The notes under the pieces: generated by a model
Seen by the model: the letters and a program-made list of their open reading frames with translations, nothing else
Told to the model about the DNA's origin: nothing
The model's database searches: none
Made by a program: the position numbers and the translations under genes
Assembly: GCA_965655095.1 (NCBI GenBank)
Contig: OZ296655.1
Span: forward strand, 34,844,001 to 34,908,000
Direction: 5' to 3'
Length of the DNA stretch: 64,000 nucleotides
From: Haplodiscus bocki
Lineage: Eukaryota
Part shown: in pieces, positions 14,219 to 26,300 of the stretch
Position numbering within the stretch: the stretch's first letter is position 1
Layout: each line of letters starts with the position of its first letter

Positions 14219-17200
14219 ATGGACAAAACTCGATTAGCTGAAAAACAAAATAAAGTTCCAAAAGGAAAAGCAATATGAATTAATTAAAAAACAGCTTCAA
14301 TTAGAAAACAAAGGAAATCAATTAAAAAAATAAAACGAAATGAAAGAAAACGAAAAAGTGAATACATAACAGATGAAGATATTGATTTTGGTAGGTTTTT
14401 TTGAATCACCACCCTCCAACAAAGTACATGTTTACAGATTTAATCTACGTGAAATTAGAAACAAAATTTGGCTAGATTATAAAGGTGATTTTGAGTTGAA
14501 TGGATTAATGATTATTGGACTTGTTGAACAGAAAACAAATTTTGAATTCAGAAATATGGATGATTTTGAAAGTTTTATAAATGCAACAGATATTGATTAT
14601 GATAGCGAAGATGTTACGTTTACTGGGTATGTTTATAACTTCAATACACCTCAGTTCAATGTTGTTAATCGAAGTGCTTACGCTGAAGGTACTAATTATG
14701 GGCAAGCTTTTGATGAATATTTTGGACAAAACTGTTATATTCCTACAAGCGTTCAGTGTTTTATAAAATCTAGTAATTATTTCACACAAAAAGATTATGC
14801 AGAAGAACTTTTGACTTTCATTTGAACTGAAAAGTATCGATCAGGAGTAATGGCATCTGGTAGGATTCAACCATTCTGTAGAAACTATTATATCAACATC
14901 GTTTTTTTTAAAGGTAAGGAAATAACTCCTAGAACTATTACAGAAGGAAATAAAACATTGGTCATGCATAATAATCAATTCTGTTTAATTTGGAAATCAC
15001 AAAATATTTCTTTCAATCAAGCAATAAAGGACGAATTAAAACAAAACTTTAAAATTGTTGATGATGTCATATCCGATAAACATGTTAAAATCCGATAAAC
15101 ATGTTAAAAAATTTATTAAAAGTGAATAGAAACCTTAAAAAGTTCAATCTCCATTAACTAATAAAATTTTGCATGAGTTAGAGACTTTTAAGAAAATCCG
15201 AGTTGTTCCATAGTGTAGTTGTATATAAAAACTAAAAAAAGTTCAGGTAAATCTTATCGAGATATATCACTGAAAAATATCAAAATTATCTGAATGATTG
15301 TGTTGTTTTTAAAGGAACTGATTGTATCAATGAAATGTTAGATCATGTTTCATCATTCAAAAAAGGATCTAAAAAAAACAATAACAAGATTGTAGACTAT
15401 AATTTTTTTTCCATAGCTCACAACGGATCTGGTTTTGATAGTTATACTGTATTAGACAATTTACCCCAATAGCGATGTGTCGTTTATTTATTCAGAAACG
15501 GAGCCGGCCTTGTTTCACTTAAAATATCTAATGGATATGTAGATGACAAGAAAAAAACACCCCACTATGTCCATTTCACATGCGGAAGAGTTCTTATTAG
15601 TAGTAGTTTGAAAACAACAGGTACTAGTTACAAATTACAACCAAGTTAATTGAAACAAGAAATCGAACATGATGATATTTATGAAGATAACTGGGAAGAG
15701 AAAGAAAACGAGTGGTTACCTTATGTTAAGAACGACGTGCTATCAATTGTTTTCTGTTATGCTACATATACAACGGGTATGGAATAATTAACTAAGTTTG
15801 GTATGAAAAACTCGTTAACATTACCAAGTTTAGCAAATAAAACTTTTATTAGTTTAAAAGACGAGAATGATTAACCAATTTATACTTTTACCGATCCCTT
15901 TATGAGAAATTTTGTTCGAAATTCAGTAAAAGGAGGTAGATGTAATGCTTTTAATCAACCTTATCAATCTAGATTCCAGATGAAGTGACTAATATTATTT
16001 CAAGAGAATTAGACATTAACGGTAACATATGTGAGATTTAAGATAAGTATTGTGAATTTTTAAACAAGTATAAAAAACTACATGCAAAAAAAGTTGATTC
16101 AAAAGATGATGATTACAGAGATACTAATCAAGAGGAGAAAGAAAAATACATTAACAAAAAGCTTAAAATGGTACCAATTCATGAACAGATGTCCAAGTTA
16201 TATTTGAGTAAAACTCAAGTGGATTTTGATGTTACGTCGTTATAGCCTTCTGCTATGCGGGGTAAAACTTCAGTATATCCTAAAGTAGAAAGTTGGTTTA
16301 ACTTTAAACCACATATGAATGATGTTTATGTAGAAGCATTCAATAATCAAACTCTTAAGCAAGATGGAAACGAGAGTGCAATTTTGAAAATAAAATTTTA
16401 CAATCCACTTGATTTCATTTTTCAACATCTACCAGTTATAGTAAAAGTGAGAAAAAAGAAGGTAATACGATGAGAAATGGATATATCATTGACACTTTAA
16501 CATCAGTTGATATTAAAGAAGTTGTTAACATTGGAGTAAAAGTAATTCCAATTTACGAAGGTCTTATTTATAAAAAAAACCTCAAGAAATCACCATTTAG
16601 AAAAGTTATAGACAAATTGTTTGCTTTAGGACAAGAAAGTATAGAGGACAAAAACGATTTAATGCGAGAGTTAGTAAAATTAATCATGAATAGTGTATAC
16701 GGAGTTCAAAAACGAAAAGATATTAATGAATCATAATATTGTAAACCGGAAACTTGGATGAAAGCAGAATATAATGAAAATTTATTGGTTTATTGGAAAT
16801 TTCCTAATGGAATTATATTGTAAAGATGAAAATAGACAACGGATTAGATGATGATTGTGATATTAAAAATATTTTGCCTCGTCGCATGGGAGCTTTTGTT
16901 TTAAGTAGTAGTAGGCGAAATATGAATAGTTTTATCAGAGAAATACATGGATTTTGCAATAATAATATTCACTATACACACACTAGTAGTATGTATATTC
17001 AAAGACACAGTAGGATGTTTTCGATAAAGTAAATACGAACAGATATTAAAGAATCATACTATTGTAAACCGGAAACTTGGATGAAAACAGAATATGATGA
17101 AAATTTATTGGATTATTGGAAATTACCTAATGGAATTTTTATTGTAAAGAGAAAATAGACGACGGATTAGATGTTGATTGTGATATTAAAAATACTCTGC

Positions 17201-17769
17201 CTGTTCATCTGGGATCTTTTGTTTTGAATAAGAGTGAGCGAATTATGAATAGTTTTGTCAGAGAAATTAATGGATTTTACAACAATAATTATTACTATAC
17301 AGACACTGATAGTAAAAAATTTTAGGATGTTTTTGATAAATCAAACTTGGTTGGAGAAGAATTATGCCAAGGTAAAAACAATTACAAATCAAGAGATATC
17401 TTTTGATCTCTTTACTTAGCTCCTAAAAAAACAGATGTATTAACGACTAATGCATATGGTGTTTTTAAAGAACACAAAACGTTAAAGTGCTTAAAAGATA
17501 GTAACCGGTTATTAGACACTTCTCAATATTTTAAAATGACAGAAGGTAAAAAAATATCTTCGTTCTTGCTTAAAACTTGGAAACAGTCGTTTGATAGCGG
17601 AATAACTATACCTACAAAGATGAGATTTTGTATTGAATGTAATGATTAAAAAAGGTGCAATAAATTTAGTATTCAAATCAAAGAAAATAAACATTTTGAA
17701 GCTAATTTAAACGAATTAAAAAGACACCCCCCTAACGAATATGGTTATATGCTTCCTTATTTTAAATAA
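14219..17769 (+). pseudogene. pPolB, unit A3, reaching the C-terminus, with an internal ~320 bp duplication
   Basis: IAHNGSGFDSY, DFDVTSL*PSAM, KLIMNSVYG, intact motif C YYTDTDS (~17290-17313) and YLAPKK. Confidence 0.92.
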
Positions 17770-17865
17770 TAGAATTATTTATTTAAAAGAATCTATCCAA
17801 ATAGTAGTTCAATTTTTTTAGGTTTTTTTGAAAAGAATTTTTTAAAAAGAAATCCTCCCTAGTAA

Positions 17866-18350
17866 ATGAATGGTATTATGAACGAGAACCAGTTAACCGT
17901 TGTTAAAAATTATGAAATAAGTAAACCAATCATTCACAGAACAGATTCTATAGTTGATAAATGTTATAGAGATTGTCATAATAAACATTTTCATACAAGT
18001 AATTATAGATGTATATGTTATATTAAATTTACAAGTATTGCTAATAATGGTGTACTTATTTCAACAGTTTCTGATAGAAACATGGGTTTGTATGAATCAA
18101 ATAAAAAATTGAAAATTGCTGGACAAAGAGGTTTTATTTGTTTTCAAATAAACAAACTAACAATAAGAATATATTCACATCAACGATTGATAAACATAAG
18201 TTGTTTTGTGAAATTTCAAATACCCATGTGTCATCTTGTTTGAGTAATCCCACAAAATCTAGAATATATAGAAAAAAACTTTTGCAAAAATATGGAAAAT
18301 CCTTTTCATTTTGTATGTCAGAAAAGGATCAATCATTTAAACTAACAATT
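17866..18350 (+). pseudogene. ORF W, conserved gene downstream of pPolB
   Basis: MNENQLTVVKNYEISKPIIHRTDSIVDKCYRDCHNKHFH is homologous to ORF 52771 (MNENELYVVKEYKFDNPLITEVDSIIDKGFRDC). Confidence 0.65.
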
Positions 18351-18739
18351 GCATGTAAATTTATAAATTCTCAATTGAACTGTTTTATAATTTATCATTA
18401 TCAAAGAATTTCACGTTCATCAATTTTTAATTATAAAATGTCAACATAGTTGGTATTGCGGTCTCATTTAGATGTAACAGTGAACGCGCGATTTTTTTGT
18501 TGATTCTATAAGTCTGTAAATGTGGAATTTCAAAAACCACGCTTTCATGCGTCTGTGTTTAGTTCGAGTATGATTTTTGTGTGGTGGAAAATAATGGGTA
18601 AGTTAGTGTAGATCGGTTTTATGAGTCAAAAAAAGGTGAGGCTCGTAAGAGCCGAACAGTAATAAAAGCGAGATGCGAGGTGTGCCGAGCCGGTTATTGA
18701 GCGCAGCAACTGTGCCACCGGGTAAATTACGGTTTTATG

Positions 18740-19370
18740 ACTGAGTCGAACGAAATGACAATCAGTCGTAAGTCCGGAGTTTACTATATTGTTGATGCTT
18801 CTGACGTAGTCAACGCCCTCGTGATGCCACTTTTTCTGCATGTTTTGGAGAAAGAGCTTCACTTCCCAATGTTGTATGAGCGGAATGACAAGATGTTTTG
18901 TTTGATACGCCACGTCTGCTTTGCAAGGTCTTTCATTTGCTTGCATGATGCCATCACTGATCAGGAAAGGTAAAATGCCAATCAATTGGCCCAAGTTACG
19001 AACGCCTATTGTCTTTCTCAAACTGAAAAATCTGCTGCCAAAATTTTCTTGCTGCATTAGGGACCAAATGCTGTGTCGATCTTCTTTCAACAGGTCAACC
19101 AGAGAAAAATCCATGGAATTGGGAAGCTTTTCCAAGCATCGTTCTATCATGAACTTGAGTCAGATGATCTGTAAAAGCCGTTCCCAAACAACTTACTTTG
19201 AAAGCAAAGTTGAAAAAAATCAACGAGGCAAAAATTCAATTGCCGATATTTGTCGATCAGATTATTACCGTTAAGCAAAATGGATTCTTCCACTTTCAAC
19301 CGAAAAGGGTCAACCAGTAACTAAATTTATCTCTGGTATGGCTGGTACCAAGAATTTTCAGATTAATTAG
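18740..19370 (-). mobile_element. BEL/Pao LTR retrotransposon pol fragment (connection to integrase HHCC region)
   Basis: LPFLISDGIMQANERPCKADVAYQTKHLVIP..H..HHEGVDYVR matches the LxPFxDxxGxxRxxGRL..KHPIIL..HxG pattern. Confidence 0.75.
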
Positions 19371-20582
19371 GTTTTTCACATCATTTATATGACTCCATAA
19401 TCAGTGATTTTATCGCTTGTTATTATTCTAATAACAATTATTTTTCTGTTATTATTGTATTTTTTATCTCAGAAAATTTGTTTGTGAGGATTGACTAAGG
19501 TAATTCAAGTCTTCAGCAAGCAAAACGATTCTTCGATTTCCTAGAACAGTCAAGAGCTACGAGATACCACTTTCAGTTGAACGGTAGAAATTACATAGTT
19601 AGGCATATACTTTGCAGAAGAACCCCACCGCCTCCGAAGTTGAATCTCCCCTTGATTAATTTTGGAGTTGTGTCTTTTTGTGGATCTCGGCATGTCCCCC
19701 GTCTCGTGGACAGTGGTACCACGGTTTAATCGAGTTGGAAGTTGCATTCCTGAAGATTCTACAGTGACTCCATAACTTGATCCACTAAACTTGAATCCAG
19801 TACCTCAGCCACTCTATTGTCTACAGAGACAGGCTGTTTCTTCTCATTGTTCTTCTTTTCCACGTGAGACAGTCGTCGAACCAGTCCTCATAGAGATTCC
19901 AATGGAGTCACAACCGCGAAAAAATTGTTTCAATCTCGTTGCCGTCAGAGCTGCGATCAGCTCAAGTAACTACGGTATGACGCCTCTTTACTGAAACTCG
20001 AACTTTGCCCAAAGCAAGTTAACAAGTTTGTAGTCTGGGACAGTGCTCTCAAAGTATGCTAATGCACAGAAGGCCTTTTTCAAATCAAACTCTTTGCAAA
20101 AAGAAGTAGTTCCTTTTTACTGTCGTCGCTCAATCTTTATAACCTGTCCACCGCGAAACAATTGTTATGTTACAGCTCTGAGGTCCAGGTATTCAAATTG
20201 CCTCGTACTCTTGCCTCAATGGGTTCGTCTTCTTTTTGTCCTTGCTCTTGCCCATTTGGTTTCTTTTTCAATTTGGCCCTGATTGAGAATTCTGCAACCA
20301 ATTGATCGCAAAAGCAGCAACCTATCGAATAGTAACTTGGAGGAAAACCATTTTGGACAACAACAACAACGAGGAAAGACCTCCTTTCAAGTTAAACTGT
20401 TGTTGAGATCACGCAGTTGATGAATCTTGTTTCATCATTCTAACTCAGTACATTTTTCTTCTCATCGTGATAGTATTAAGCATTACATTTTTGACCATTT
20501 GTGACGCAAAGAACAAATTTGTTTCAGGCGTCTTAGCACTTTTCTCTGCTTGCCTCGGTAACGTGCTTCTAGGACCCCAGAA

Positions 20583-21282
20583 TTGAACAGACGACTAAAC
20601 ACAGAACCTCAATCTTTCCTTGACATAGTCGGCTTTTGTAGTTGAGGCCAAACACAACTGAGAAACAGAAGTATTTGAAACCGAAAAAAACTTTTCCGCC
20701 CAAAAGTTGATGAACTTTTCAACTTTTACAATCACTAGCAGAATCACTACGACTCCTTGTTGATGGAATGCGCAGTGAAACTTTTCGATGTGGAACTTTT
20801 TCAAGGATTCGATTGGGACAGTATTGCGAAAGCTGAAGCCATGAAGCAAAGAGTGTTGAATGTGGTCGATGGTTTGTACGAAGAAGAAAGCCAAAGCAAA
20901 GATTTCCTGAACTTGGTTATTTCGGGTCGGCATCGAAAATTGCATTTGTTAGTTTCAAAGCATAACTTGAATCAAAAAAGCAGGTAATCGAAAAACAATG
21001 ATTTGAATGTAAAACAAATGAAATTTCAGCAATGCGTTCGACGTGGAACAGATAGGAACGTTGGGTCTACAACTAGGCGAGAGGAAAAGAAAATTTGAAG
21101 CTTACAAAAAAGCAACAGTTCGCCCGTTTGGTGATTTGATGATTGACCTAGACAGTTGGTACCCCAAAGCCTCGAGATTTTCCACAAAACGTTCAGGTGA
21201 TGAAGCCACTCTGTTTCTTCTTTCCGCATATCATTTACAGATTCCACTTGAAAATGAACAAAATGAACTAAAACACAATTGA
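20583..21282 (+). pseudogene. A32-type packaging ATPase, element B
   Basis: Degenerate Walker A IVGFCS*GQTQL, Walker B NVVDGL, ISGRHRKLHLLVSKHNL and AYKKATVRPFGDLMIDLD. Confidence 0.85.
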
Positions 21283-22419
21283 TTTTTTCCAACCTTTCAG
21301 TCCAACATTAAAAAAACACTTCAAAATGTCTAGCACGAATGAAAATATGGAAGCTTTCAGCACATGCATTTTCATCGTTATTCAAGGAAAAGTATTACTA
21401 GATAAAGTTCTCGAAAAAACGGGCACAACTTAGCAGGCAAAAACTGGTGGAACAAATTTGCTCCGAGAAGATCCGCTCATGTAAAAAAAGACAAAGTTTA
21501 GCCTGTGGCCATGATATGAATCTTTTGGATGTACTCTTACTATCAGTTCTAAGTCCTTTGAAATTTTGTCATGAAATCAAAAAATAGTCTGGAAGAACTA
21601 GTCTTCCTTACCAGGGATGACTATTTCTCGCTCACTTGCAAACGCGAAAAAGGACCTCGTGTTCCTCTGACACAATCAAAAACTTCGCCCACCCAACACA
21701 TTTTGGATGAAGCGAACTGCGATGAGCTAAACAACGGCAACGTTGATACAAAAGCCGCTGAAGTAACAGAAATTGTTTTACTGTCGAAGTTCCAACACGA
21801 AACCTTGTCGACAAGACCAAACAAAGTTAGACCAATCAATAGAGGAAGATTTGATGAGAGTCTGTCAGGGTTCTTTCAAGCAGGAATAGTTGCGGCAAAA
21901 TTGAGCGATCGCGTCAACCTTTAGGAAAAGTTACCGAGAGTGAGAGATAATCTTTGAGAGCAAAGACACTCAAACTATACGACTTAATCAGCAAGACACT
22001 GAAGTAAAGGCAACAAGTTTCTTATTATTACCTTAGACAACCACAGCAGCACCACAGCCACTGAAGTACAGAACTAGGTAGGAGACGCTCTGTCGGCCAA
22101 ATTACTTGGTTGTGATTATACACGCCAAGCTGTTTGGATTATCAGAGTCTGAACCGGGCTCAGCAAGGGAAAGGGATGGTGATCAGCGGATCAGCCATTT
22201 TGACACAACAACAAAAGAAGCTGAAACAAAAAGACTAAAACCCGACACATCAGATAATTGGCTGAATCTTTACTAAAACTTCATCAAAAGGATAGACCTC
22301 TTATTGAGGATCATGCAATAAGAAACTTGGAATGGGAACAATGTCGAGGACTCCTGTTTGTTGTCACACTTGTGGATAGCTTCATTTCAACTGCAGCGGT
22401 TTGATCACGAAAAAGGATG

Positions 22420-23235
22420 ATCACGAAACATTTCTCCGAAATCGCCGACGTGCATAAGAAAATTCGCAATAGCTACATTAACGTCAAGGAAAACGCCGAT
22501 GCCATATTGAGCAGAGCCGACTGGATCAAGAGTTAAAATTGCACTCAAGCTGAAGTAGATCAATATCTAAACTGTACTGGAACTTGCATTAAAATTAGGC
22601 ACAGTCCGAAGAAGTTTCATAGATTGAAATTTGTAAGCTATCAATTGGACGTCACTGGGTTAGTCGGCCTGGCTGATATGCAGCAGCTAGCCAGCCACAA
22701 AGTGGTATGAGATATTTTTCTTTAGCTGTTGACCAATTGAGTTGTTACTTTTGGGTGCACCCGATGAGAACCAGAATCATAAGGCCTGGAAAATCGCTTT
22801 TCATGCTATCATCGCACGTAACATGCGCAAAAAGAAGCTGATTGGCATTTGCGGCCAAACGATTCAACCGGGAGATATTTGGTCGCAATTTTGCAGGCAC
22901 TTTCACGAATTGTTCCAATAAGAACGTCATCGCGATATACTTGACCTTTAGTGAAACAAAGTCTGCTCTTGTTGGATGAACTATTAGGTTTTTGAAAAAC
23001 TTCGTTTTTATACTTTTGCACGAAATGGACCGGTTGGCTGATTTTCTAGCTATCATTAACACGCGAGTCAATCTGATGACACAGCTGGCTTCGGAGATAG
23101 TTGACCAATCAAATGTTCTCTATGTATATTTGCTGTGCCGAACAAACTATAAGCAGAAACCAAAATTCAAGTTGGTTGACTGCCTTTGAATCAGACGCAA
23201 AATTGAATCTCTCGCAAATGACGATTATTTGATCG
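22420..23235 (+). pseudogene. rve integrase, element B
   Basis: KKFHRLKF..GLADMQQLA..LAVDQLSCYFWVHPM, GRNFAGTF..IYLTFSETKSALVG*TIRFLK and INTRVNLMT..KPKFKLVD. Confidence 0.8.
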
Positions 23236-23239
23236 GTGC

Positions 23240-24020
23240 ACCCACAAGAAAAAGCCAATTTTCTGCCCCGCAGGCCTAACTTGATCTGTGGAGAAATGCC
23301 AAAATTGATGAGACTGATAAGAAAAATTAAGAAGATACCAGAGCAACATTTTGAGTCAGCAGCAGCAAAGAGGCTTCGAATAAGACTCGGTTGCTATTCT
23401 TCAGTAGATGCAATTATGGCGACATTATCCAAAACAAAATTTCACAAAAAGCATTCAGACTTGTTTTCATGGGGCATTGACAGCGTCACTCAGCAGCTTG
23501 GTACAAAGTTTCATGGTCCTGCAAAGTAAAGTGTCGCGATTACAACCCCCTCCCTTTAACGATCACCGAAACAATTTAGGAAAGGACTCCATAATTGGTT
23601 GCCGCAAAAACGTCACCGACTCCAAGCCACCAGACAAGAATCAGACAGAGAAAGAGGAGGTGTTTGACGAAATCATTACTGATCCAACCGAAAGTTTTGT
23701 TACGATCAATAGTCAAGGAAGCTTTCCTGTGGATTTGACCGGAGGATGTCCCACTATGTTCCTTTACTGTAACTTGGTTCAAAACGATCTGTTGGGAGAC
23801 AGACAAACAGCGCTTTTGAGAGCTGTGCCTTTGCAAGCGAATGACCATTTATCGCAGCTACAAAACACTTTGATCCACTAGAGCTTCACAATTCTTCAAT
23901 GGAAGCGAGTAGTAAAGTCCAGCTTCCAGTCCATCTCTCTGCGTCTTTGCAACAAGACGCGTCAATTAGTACTATTCATGAGTCGGGAAAGAACCAACTT
24001 AACACTTTTTCACAAAACAA
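23240..24020 (+). pseudogene. Minor capsid (penton) protein, element B
   Basis: FPVDLTGGCPTMFLYCNLVQNDLLGDRQTALLRAVP and KSSFQSISLRLCN match the Polinton penton C-terminal pattern. Confidence 0.8.
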
Positions 24021-24236
24021 TTGCATACAAGAAACTGACTACTACTACCATCGCCACATGTACTATCACCACAGAAACACTTTGATGCTATTCTTCAAAA
24101 AGAGAGCAGTCTCTTTTCAATCCATTTCATCGTCGTCATCTTCAGCATCATCATCATTCTTCACGAGTCGCACTTTAAACACTACCATCATCAACAACAA
24201 CAACACATTCACACATTCAACCAACACTGAAGGCCA

Positions 24237-24620
24237 ATGAAAATCAAATATGACACTCAGATTGATTCGTTGGCAGCCACATTTATAGGACCAGCGCGTC
24301 AAATTGCAACGAGAGCTTTGGGTCTGTTTGCTGTGAGAATGGGCGGACTGGCAATTCTATTAGTTCCAAAATGTGTCGCACCGGCGGCCAGGGAAGTGGG
24401 AAAGCAACTTCTGAACTCTACCATTCCAGAACTAGGCAATGTCTTAGCGGGACTTGAGCGAACAAATATAAACTCCTGGAAAAGGTGGTAAAAAGTGTAG
24501 CTGAGAAAGTGCCATAAAAGGTTCTAACTAAACGCCAGCAGCCGCAGAAAAACTGCTCAAGAGACCCTCAGGGGCGCGGGCGGCGGCCGCAAAGCAACTT
24601 TCCACAAACCACCACCAAAC
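24237..24620 (+). pseudogene. Putative virion core-like protein
   Basis: FIGPARQ..LGLFAVRMG..VAPAAREVGKQLLNSTIPELGNVLAG; a small gene between penton and major capsid. Confidence 0.55.
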
Positions 24621-24710
24621 AAAATAGTTTCAAAAAATCGACTGCAGATAGAAATCGGGCCGATATGTTGTCTGCCGTTCAATTCCAAAACTAGCTGAAA
24701 GCTTCAGTAT

Positions 24711-26013
24711 TTGATTGAAAACTACCAAACAACCAACCCACCAACCAATCTGGGTCAGCATAAATTTGCAAGCAGTTCGATGGGAATTGCCAATTCCGTG
24801 ACGCGTAATCATTCGCTTTTTGTTGAAAAACCGAGTGTTTCGAACAATTGCGAGGGATCCCACGTTCAAGAAGTATCTTTTCACGTGGCCAGCCGTGGAC
24901 TGCAACTAAAACTCTTCACGACGGTCAAGAACAAAAAATTGATTTATTTTAATGGCATCCTACTCAGTAATGAAGCTGCAATTTTTTTTGTCCGACTGAA
25001 AAACAAAAGTCTCACCTGGTGAGTATGAAATAGTGTTTAGTAACAATAATCTTCACACACTGTTCTCGCAAGTCGAGCTGTACCTGAAAAGCAAACTGAA
25101 GTCACACAGCATTAACTGTTAATTGCACTCTGTTTCCATTGAGACTGAACTGGCAGCCACCACCGAAAGCAAAGTTACCTAGTTCGAATGCCAAGGTTAA
25201 AACTACCGCAAAAACGAGACGATAAAAAAATTTTGTTCAAAGTTGACCGGCAAAATCGTACAGGCAAGGGAATGTAAGAAGGTATTATTTGGAGCCTTGC
25301 ACGTTGACTTTTTCGACTGTGAAAAATTTTAGCCCCCAGGTGTAAACTTACATTTTAGGCTTTATCGTTTTTTCAAGTGTACGGCACTCTTTTTTAAAGG
25401 CATACACGGAAAAACCAAGGGGCACGATGGAAGTTAATTAGCTTTGAATGGAAAGGCGTCACTTTTTGTTTGAAACGTTGTCGTCGTTGATAGCGTCAAA
25501 CTTATCTTTGGACAGGGAGTATTCAGAAGTCCGGCCATTCATTCCTACGTTGAGAATCTAAGCAAAAAGTTTCTTCGTATCACGCTGGTCAGAATTGTTT
25601 CATCAGGGAAAACATTCTTGGCACAGCGAACGACAAGATCAATATGGAAAGGATTGTAATTCAAAGAGGCAATGGAATCCCACTTGCTGGTACACCGTAG
25701 ATACAACAAAGAGTACTACTGTTAGGGACAAAACCACTTCACCGCTTGTGTTCACAAAAAATGACTCTAGCATTGCATTGAAAGACTTAGAGACTACTCA
25801 CTTTTTTCTTGTCTTCTCTTTAAATTCCATTGAAGGAGCGAGCAATTGCTTGACGCTTTTTCTCGAACTTACAGGTTCAAGCCGACAATTGAACTTTACT
25901 TCTCAAAAGCTCTCAACGATGCGGTTGAGCTCTTTCTGATTGGGGAAAGCTACAACCAAGTGTGTATCGATTCTTCTCGCAATTTATCAAAAAACGCATT
26001 TTTTTACGAATAA
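24711..26013 (+). pseudogene. Major capsid protein, element B
   Basis: VFSNNNLHTLFSQVELYL, LFGALHVDFFDCEKF*PPGVNLHFRLYR and FSKALNDAVELFLIGE..CIDSSRN. Confidence 0.85.
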
Positions 26014-26019
26014 TTTGAG

Positions 26020-26300
26020 CATTGGCAAGTTGAATAATTTGAGCATTGCCAAGTTGGCGACACAAATTTCAACATTAGTCAGATGAGTCTGACGAGTATG
26101 GGCGGCAAACAACTTCCAGAATTGGACAAATATCAACAAAGACAAGCAATTTTACAAAGTTGTCGCTACTACTGGCTCCACCTCCCCCTTTTCATTGCCT
26201 CAAGTGCTTTGCATTCAATTCACATATTCAACTCCAATCAATGAGCGTGGTCAACGTTGGCTGTTGCTTTGCGTTGTGGTACAAATAACTTCGATGATGC
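26020..26300 (+). pseudogene. Adenain-like cysteine protease, N-terminal fragment, element B
   Basis: AANNF and STPINERGQRWLLL (a degenerate N..GxHW motif). Truncated against pPolB. Confidence 0.5.

Larger units (their letters stand above)
1..18450 (+). mobile_element. Polinton/Maverick-like element family A, decayed tandem array of subgenomic units
   Basis: Repeated blocks carry pPolB, A32-type ATPase, major capsid and rve integrase motifs. Equivalent points recur ~7.06 kb apart (pPolB start 7157/14219; ORFs 7518/14581 and 9742/16826). Confidence 0.92.

Noticed and set aside
19500-20450. Minus-strand coding-like sequence as BEL gag or an element B gene
   Set aside because: No motif was recognised, so it was left unassigned.
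22745-23071. Minus-strand ORFs suggesting an inversion in element B
   Set aside because: The plus strand reads as a continuous decayed integrase core, so these are shadow ORFs.
24040-24230. Ser/His/Asn-rich ORF segment as a distinct gene
   Set aside because: Low-complexity trinucleotide-rich sequence that stays open in several frames by composition alone.
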